Sequence record: DRR723986_4183
Length of the DNA: 37,339 nt
Strand: one strand, 5' to 3'
Position 1 is the stretch's first letter; each line of letters starts with the position of its first letter. Of this stretch, positions 29,210-37,339 are shown piece after piece. Both the position numbers and the translations under genes were made by a program. Below the pieces are notes generated by a model. That model ran no database searches, had not been told where the DNA came from, and was given only the letters and a program-made list of their open reading frames with translations.

Positions 29210-29596
29210 ATGCTAAAAAAGCAATGTAATTTACGCTCCCGTATAACTGCTTGTTTTGCCCTGCTTGCCATTTCCTTCGCAAGCACCGCGCAAGACCGCT
29301 TTATTGACGGTTTTCCGGACATTCCCTATCTGGACATTGTGCTGGCTGTCATCGGCGAACCGATTGTCTTTGACACAGCTGGTGGAACAGTTGCCGAAGT
29401 GGGTATTCAGTTTTCCGAACCTGCACCAACAGTTTTTGTCTCTTATAGTAAAGCCCTTGTTGGCCTTGGTTGGAACTGTGCTTCTTCAGAAAATTTTCTT
29501 CGTTGCACCAGGGACAATAGCCTGATTCAGCTAACTGCGCCTGAGGCAAACGCTTTAGCAGACACCTTTATCTTGCGGCTTGAGCCACAACAGTAA
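29210..29596 (+). CDS. Small secreted hypothetical protein
   Basis: 128 aa, signal peptide ending in AQD, FIDGFPDIP...VFDTAGG...LGW pattern; fills the gap between mutM and the hydratase gene. Confidence 0.65.
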   Translation: MLKKQCNLRSRITACFALLAISFASTAQDRFIDGFPDIPYLDIVLAVIGEPIVFDTAGGTVAEVGIQFSEPAPTVFVSYSKALVGLGWNCASSENFLRCTRDNSLIQLTAPEANALADTFILRLEPQQ

Positions 29597-29698
29597 CTAC
29601 ATATTGCCGTAATATGGCCCTCTATGATTATTTGCTTTTCAAATGCTACAGACGCCATTAGGACTCTGTGTTTCCGGAAGTAACAACAGGGCTCTTTC

Positions 29699-30475
29699 AT
29701 GTCATATGAAACCATCCTCCTTGATAAACAAGAAGGCGTAGGGTTAATCACTTTCAATCGGCCTGAGGCGCTTAATGCGCTGAACAGTCAATTGCTGCAA
29801 GAGCTAGGCGATGCGCTTCTTGCGCTGGACAGTGACGACGACATTGGTGCCATTGTGATAACCGGCAATGAGAAAGCGTTTGCCGCAGGAGCAGACATTA
29901 AAGAAATGTCAGGCAAGTCATTCGCTGAAGTTTTGTCTGATGACCAGTTTGGGCCTATCAACAATACATTTGCAACAGTCAGAAAGCCTATCATCGCTGC
30001 TGTCGCAGGTTATGCGCTAGGCGGTGGTTGCGAGATTGCAATGGCGTGTGATTTTATCATCGCTGGCGAAAACGCGAAGTTTGGACAGCCTGAGATTAAG
30101 CTTGGTGTTATTCCCGGCATAGGTGGGTCTCAGCGCCTGACGCGGCTTGTCGGTAAATCCAAAGCAATGGACATGATGCTGACCGGCCGCATGATGGATG
30201 CTACAGAGGCAGAGCGGGCGGGTTTGGTAAGCCGAATCGCCCCCGTAGAGGATTTGGTTGAAACGGTGATGGAGGTTGCAACCTCTATTGCTGAACTTTC
30301 CGCGCCGTCTGTTGCGCTGGCAAAAGAGGCCACCAACGGTGCGCTTGAGACAACTCTGCAACAGGGCTTATTGTTTGAAAGAAGGCTGTTTCATTCACTT
30401 TTTGCTACAGAAGACCAAAAAGAAGGTATGAATGCTTTCATTGAAAAACGGCAACCACAGTTTAAAAACCGCTAA
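29699..30475 (+). CDS. Enoyl-CoA hydratase (crotonase family)
   Basis: [43 protein letters not shown]. Confidence 0.95.
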   Translation: MSYETILLDKQEGVGLITFNRPEALNALNSQLLQELGDALLALDSDDDIGAIVITGNEKAFAAGADIKEMSGKSFAEVLSDDQFGPINNTFATVRKPIIAAVAGYALGGGCEIAMACDFIIAGENAKFGQPEIKLGVIPGIGGSQRLTRLVGKSKAMDMMLTGRMMDATEAERAGLVSRIAPVEDLVETVMEVATSIAELSAPSVALAKEATNGALETTLQQGLLFERRLFHSLFATEDQKEGMNAFIEKRQPQFKNR

Positions 30476-30512
30476 TAGACTGCACTAAGGCGTGAAAATA
30501 CACCGATGGCTA

Positions 30513-30541
30513 TTGACGCCACCGTTTCCCGGGTATATAGA
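30513..30541 (+). promoter_or_regulatory. Candidate sigma70 promoter of rpsT
   Basis: TTGACG-N17-TATAGA within GGGTATATAG, about 120 nt upstream of the rpsT ATG. Confidence 0.6.
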
Positions 30542-30664
30542 GCCGACCTCGAATTGATTAACGGCTTCGGCAAATGGCTGAGGCCTATATAAATGTGAAA
30601 ATGGCTAAGCCGCATCGGTGTTAAAGACACCTGACAAGCAGCAGGGCCAGACAAAGGTAGAAAA

Positions 30665-30928
30665 ATGGCAAACTCTAAACAAGCCAAAAAACGCATTCGT
30701 CGCAACGAAAATCGCGCTGAGATTAATAAGTCTCGCGTGAGCCGTATTCGCACACACATCCGCAAGGTTGAAGAAGCTGTCACTGCAGGTGATCAAACTG
30801 CTGCTTCAACAGCGCTTAAGTCTGCCGAACCGGAAATTATGCGCGGCGTTTCTAAAGGCGTTCTTCACAAGAAAACAGCATCACGGAAAGTATCGCGTCT
30901 TTCCAAAGCTGTGAAATCGATCGCTTAA
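30665..30928 (+). CDS. rpsT: 30S ribosomal protein S20
   Basis: [12 protein letters not shown]...[16 protein letters not shown]. Confidence 0.98.
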   Translation: MANSKQAKKRIRRNENRAEINKSRVSRIRTHIRKVEEAVTAGDQTAASTALKSAEPEIMRGVSKGVLHKKTASRKVSRLSKAVKSIA

Positions 30929-30974
30929 CAGCGCGTCCGATTCGCACCGAAGTAATCGGTGTAAAACAAGTTAT

Positions 30975-31005
30975 AAAGCCACTTCCTAATGAAGTGGCTT
31001 TTTTT
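30975..31005 (+). terminator. Rho-independent terminator of rpsT
   Basis: AAAGCCACTTC-CTAAT-GAAGTGGCTTT followed by a T run. Confidence 0.88.
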
Positions 31006-31605
31006 GTGCACACGTCACATGGGAACAAAAAGGGCACATATCTTGTGCCCCCTCGTACAAAAACCACATATTGTGTCCCGCGCTGATTCACGCCATAGGC
31101 TGTTTTAATAAGTTTCTGTCAAGTGATAGATTCAGTTGCTGAGCCCATCTGGCATATGTAAATTAATCGCCTGACCTCAGTGGGTCTTGCGGGCAACCAA
31201 CCTTCCATTTTTGGAAACTGTCTGCACGGTATTTTGGATGCGTTGGACATGGTCCAAACATTGGGGGTGCCGCCACTGATTTTGGCCAAAGCTTAATATA
31301 ACTGTGCGCTATGCTTGCGCGAGCGGGTAGATATTGCCGCCATATTAAGCAACCAGACAGAGCGTTTGGCATTGTTATTTGAGGTTTTTTCGAGACCTTT
31401 TAAGAGGGGAAACAGCGCCGAACACACAGGAAAGAGGCATACAAGAGCCAAAAAACTGTGTTGAGAAGTTTGTGCTGAGTAAGGGAGACTGGGACTATGG
31501 GGAATGGGGCTAAAGCAAACAGTGCTAAAATATACGGAGCCACGAAAAGTCAGTTTACATTAAACGGGCAGTTCACAAACAGTAAGCCAGGGAACGATAA
31601 CCGAA

Positions 31606-32970
31606 ATGGATACTGATAACGCTGCATCATGGGAACGTGTGTGTTCCAAATTTAAAGATGAATTCGGTCAGCAAGCGTTTTCAACTTGGTTGAACCAACT
31701 GGGCTATAATGGCCTTGATGGCGGCACCGTTGAGTTGACTGCACCAACCAAGTTTGTCCGGGACTGGATTCAGCGCAATTATGGCCCGCGATTGATGGAC
31801 TTTTTCCACGCCGAAGATAGCCGTGTGAAAAGCTTAAGCATTCGTCTGGCCGCAAAAGGCGCTGTACCAACATCTCCAAGCACACCTATTGCTCGTGCAA
31901 ATTCAGAGGGCGCGCAATCCGCAGCACCGCGCACTAATTTAACTGACACGTCAGCGTTAGATCCAAAATACACCTTTGATTCCTTTGTTGTAGGCAAGTC
32001 AAATGAGCTGGCTTATGCGGCTGCAAAGCGCATTGCTGACAGCGATGATGTATCTTTCAACCCACTGTTTCTTCATGGCGGCGTAGGCCTTGGGAAAACC
32101 CACTTAATGCACGCCATCGCATGGGAAGTGCAAAGGCGCGCCCCTGAAAAAAGAGTTGCTTATGTGTCTGCAGAAAAATTCATGTTCGAATTTATCGCGG
32201 CCATTCGCTACAAAGACACCCACGCTTTCAAGCAAAAATTCCGCACCGCTGACCTGTTGATGGTGGATGATGTTCAGTTTATCGCCAACAAAGACAGCAC
32301 GCAGGAAGAGTTTTTTCACACTTTCAATGCGTTAATCGATAAGCGATGTCAGGTGATTATCACCGCCGACCGATCTCCCACCGATCTGGAAGGCATAGAA
32401 GACCGGATCATTTCGCGGCTTGGGTGGGGTTTAGTGGCTGACATTCACCCGACAGACTATGAACTCCGCCTCGGCATTCTCCAATCAAAGGCAGAACAGG
32501 TCGGCGACGTAGATGTGCCGTCAGAAGTACTGGAGTTTCTAGCCAAACGAATTATTTCTAACGTACGGGAGCTTGAAGGGGCTCTGAACCGGGTTCTGGC
32601 CTATGCCACACTGGTTGGCCGCCCCATCACCATGGAAATGACCCGAGACGTACTGCAAGACCTTATTCGCGCCAATGACCGCAAGGTAACCATTGATGAA
32701 ATCCAACGAACGGTTGCCGAATATTATAATTTGCGCCTGGCCGAGATGCTATCACAGCGGCGCGCGCGGGTTATTGCTCGTCCGCGGCAAGTAGCCATGC
32801 ATTTATCCAAGCAGTTAACCAGCCGCAGTCTACCAGAGATTGGACGCCGGTTTGGGGGGCGGGACCATACAACCGTTATGCATGCAGTCAGAAAGATTGA
32901 AGACCTGTGCAAATCCGATAGCCAACTGGATGAAGACATCACCCGGCTAACCCGCATGCTGGCGGGATAA
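31606..32970 (+). CDS. dnaA: Chromosomal replication initiator DnaA
   Basis: YTFDSFVVG.SN, NPLFLHGGVGLGKTHL, DDVQF, NVRELEGAL, GGRDHTTVMHA. Confidence 0.98.
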   Translation: MDTDNAASWERVCSKFKDEFGQQAFSTWLNQLGYNGLDGGTVELTAPTKFVRDWIQRNYGPRLMDFFHAEDSRVKSLSIRLAAKGAVPTSPSTPIARANSEGAQSAAPRTNLTDTSALDPKYTFDSFVVGKSNELAYAAAKRIADSDDVSFNPLFLHGGVGLGKTHLMHAIAWEVQRRAPEKRVAYVSAEKFMFEFIAAIRYKDTHAFKQKFRTADLLMVDDVQFIANKDSTQEEFFHTFNALIDKRCQVIITADRSPTDLEGIEDRIISRLGWGLVADIHPTDYELRLGILQSKAEQVGDVDVPSEVLEFLAKRIISNVRELEGALNRVLAYATLVGRPITMEMTRDVLQDLIRANDRKVTIDEIQRTVAEYYNLRLAEMLSQRRARVIARPRQVAMHLSKQLTSRSLPEIGRRFGGRDHTTVMHAVRKIEDLCKSDSQLDEDITRLTRMLAG

Positions 32971-33012
32971 ATCGGCGCCTAAACCGGCTTAAAAATACGC
33001 CGATTCGAATAA

Positions 33013-33041
33013 TTCTGTCGATTCACCGCGAATCGGCAGAA
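33013..33041. promoter_or_regulatory. Inverted repeat containing GANTC sites between dnaA and dnaN
   Basis: TTCTGTCGATTC-ACCGC-GAATCGGCAGAA. Confidence 0.5.
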
Positions 33042-33279
33042 AATCTATGATTAATCCATCAAAAAAATGCACCTTTCCATGCTTTTTAGTTTGGTTTTAA
33101 GCGGAAAAACGCTATTGTTTCTCAGAGCCTTTTTTGAGGCTGTCGTCAGGGTTATCATTCACCAAGGATGGCATGTCTTTAAGAAGTGATATTGGGGTGA
33201 TCTGTGCGGCATTTAAGGGGCCTATGCTCCTACTAGGGTCGCAAAGGTTTTAGCAAAATCAAATAAGAAGATATATTTC

Positions 33280-34395
33280 ATGAAATTCACGATAGAGCGA
33301 AATTCCCTTCTAAAAATACTAGGGCATGTTCAGTCAGTTGTTGAGCGTCGGAACACTATTCCGATCCTCTCTAACGTTCTCATCGAAGCCGACAGTGACG
33401 GTGTTGCGATGACCGCCACAGATCTAGATATATCGATTATCGAGCGTACACCTGCTGCCGTAAGCCAGCCCGGTGCAACAACCGTGCCCGCGCACACCTT
33501 GTTTGATATTGCGCGGAAATTACCTGATGGCGCAGAGGTGGAGCTAACTCTTGAAGACGGCGATCGGTTGTCGGTTAAAGCAGGTCGCTCTCGCTTCACG
33601 CTTGCCTGTCTCGACAAAGAAGACTTTCCCACCATGAGCGAAAGCGATCTACCCCACAGGTTTGCTGTCGCCGGTGAAGAGCTTAAGCGCTTGGTCGACA
33701 AGGCGCGGTTTGCCATTTCAACAGAGGAAACCCGCTATTACCTGAATGGTATTTACCTGCATGTTGCAAACGGCGAAGGCGGCTCCACGCTGCGCGCTGT
33801 CGCAACTGACGGCCATAGGCTGGCTCAGGTAGAGCAAAGCGTGCCTGAAGGAGCTGCTGGCATGCCCGGTGTTATTGTGCCGCGCAAAACAGTTACCGAG
33901 GTGCGCAAGCTTATTGAAGACTATGAAGGCGATGTTGTGATTGCCCTATCGGACACCAAGATACGTTTCAGTTTCGAGAATACTGTTGTGACATCTAAGT
34001 TAATTGACGGCACTTTCCCTGACTACAGCCGGGTTATACCTGTTGGTAATGACAAGTTGCTGGAAATGGATTGCCGCTTGTTTTCTCAAGCCGTTGATCG
34101 TGTTTCCACAATCAGTTCAGACAAAACGCGCTCGGTTAAGCTGTCGCTGACATCTGATACGCTGAAGCTTTCCGTTAACAGCCCGGACAGTGGCACTGCC
34201 CGCGAAGAATTAGCCGCTGCCTATGGTTCTGATGACTTGGAAATTGGCTTCAACAGCCGTTATTTGATGGATATTCTGGGGCAAATTGAAGGCGACATGG
34301 TGCAAGTTCACCTTGCTGACCCTTCTGCGCCTACAGTGCTGCGCGATTTGGAAGATGAAGGCGCGCTATATGTCCTGATGCCGATGCGGGTATAG
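33280..34395 (+). CDS. dnaN: DNA polymerase III beta sliding clamp
   Basis: RRNTIPILSNV, ATDLD, EETRYYLNG, ATDGHRL, IGFNSRYL, YVLMPMRV. Confidence 0.98.
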   Translation: MKFTIERNSLLKILGHVQSVVERRNTIPILSNVLIEADSDGVAMTATDLDISIIERTPAAVSQPGATTVPAHTLFDIARKLPDGAEVELTLEDGDRLSVKAGRSRFTLACLDKEDFPTMSESDLPHRFAVAGEELKRLVDKARFAISTEETRYYLNGIYLHVANGEGGSTLRAVATDGHRLAQVEQSVPEGAAGMPGVIVPRKTVTEVRKLIEDYEGDVVIALSDTKIRFSFENTVVTSKLIDGTFPDYSRVIPVGNDKLLEMDCRLFSQAVDRVSTISSDKTRSVKLSLTSDTLKLSVNSPDSGTAREELAAAYGSDDLEIGFNSRYLMDILGQIEGDMVQVHLADPSAPTVLRDLEDEGALYVLMPMRV

Positions 34396-34499
34396 GCCAC
34401 CATTATTTTCCTTCATGGCATATACGGCCAGACATGGTGGCAGCGCAGCTCAAAATTTATGAACGCTGCTGCAAAAAGCCAAAGTGATTGCGATATCGA

Positions 34500-37339
<2,840 letters not shown>

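Noticed and set aside
30929-33279. oriC next to dnaA
   Set aside because: No perfect DnaA boxes or clear AT-rich unwinding element were seen, and alphaproteobacterial origins are often unlinked from dnaA.

Overview
Core-chromosome segment of a moderate-GC alphaproteobacterium. The lineage is inferred from gene order and GANTC-rich intergenic DNA; it may be a marine Kordiimonadales/Sphingomonadales-related lineage, which cannot be proven here. Left to right: the tail of an exopolysaccharide locus (Wza-type export protein, OM beta-barrel, metallophosphoesterase, Ala-rich secreted protein, NAD-dependent epimerase); an RND efflux pair; ATL and sdaA; PD40 propeller and DUF2834; ferredoxin-M17 peptidase-MarR-NlpC/P60; cytochrome c and pheA; the ubiE-ubiB-coaBC-dut-moeB-dsrE block carrying several single-gene additions; mutM, enoyl-CoA hydratase, rpsT; and dnaA-dnaN-recF-gyrB (partial). 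No rRNA, tRNA, CRISPR, transposase or integrase was seen. Best leads: (1) a 478-bp GIY-YIG nuclease unit at the moeB/dsrE junction, bounded by exact 14-bp direct repeats that duplicate the host stop/start signals, so excision would restore the operon and yield a circle with a complete ORF; (2) a Pro3-Leu4 leader ORF with mutually exclusive hairpins upstream of a DUF2834 membrane gene; (3) an out-of-frame uORF with a strong SD overlapping the dnaA start, plus NrdR-like palindromes in the long rpsT-dnaA spacer.
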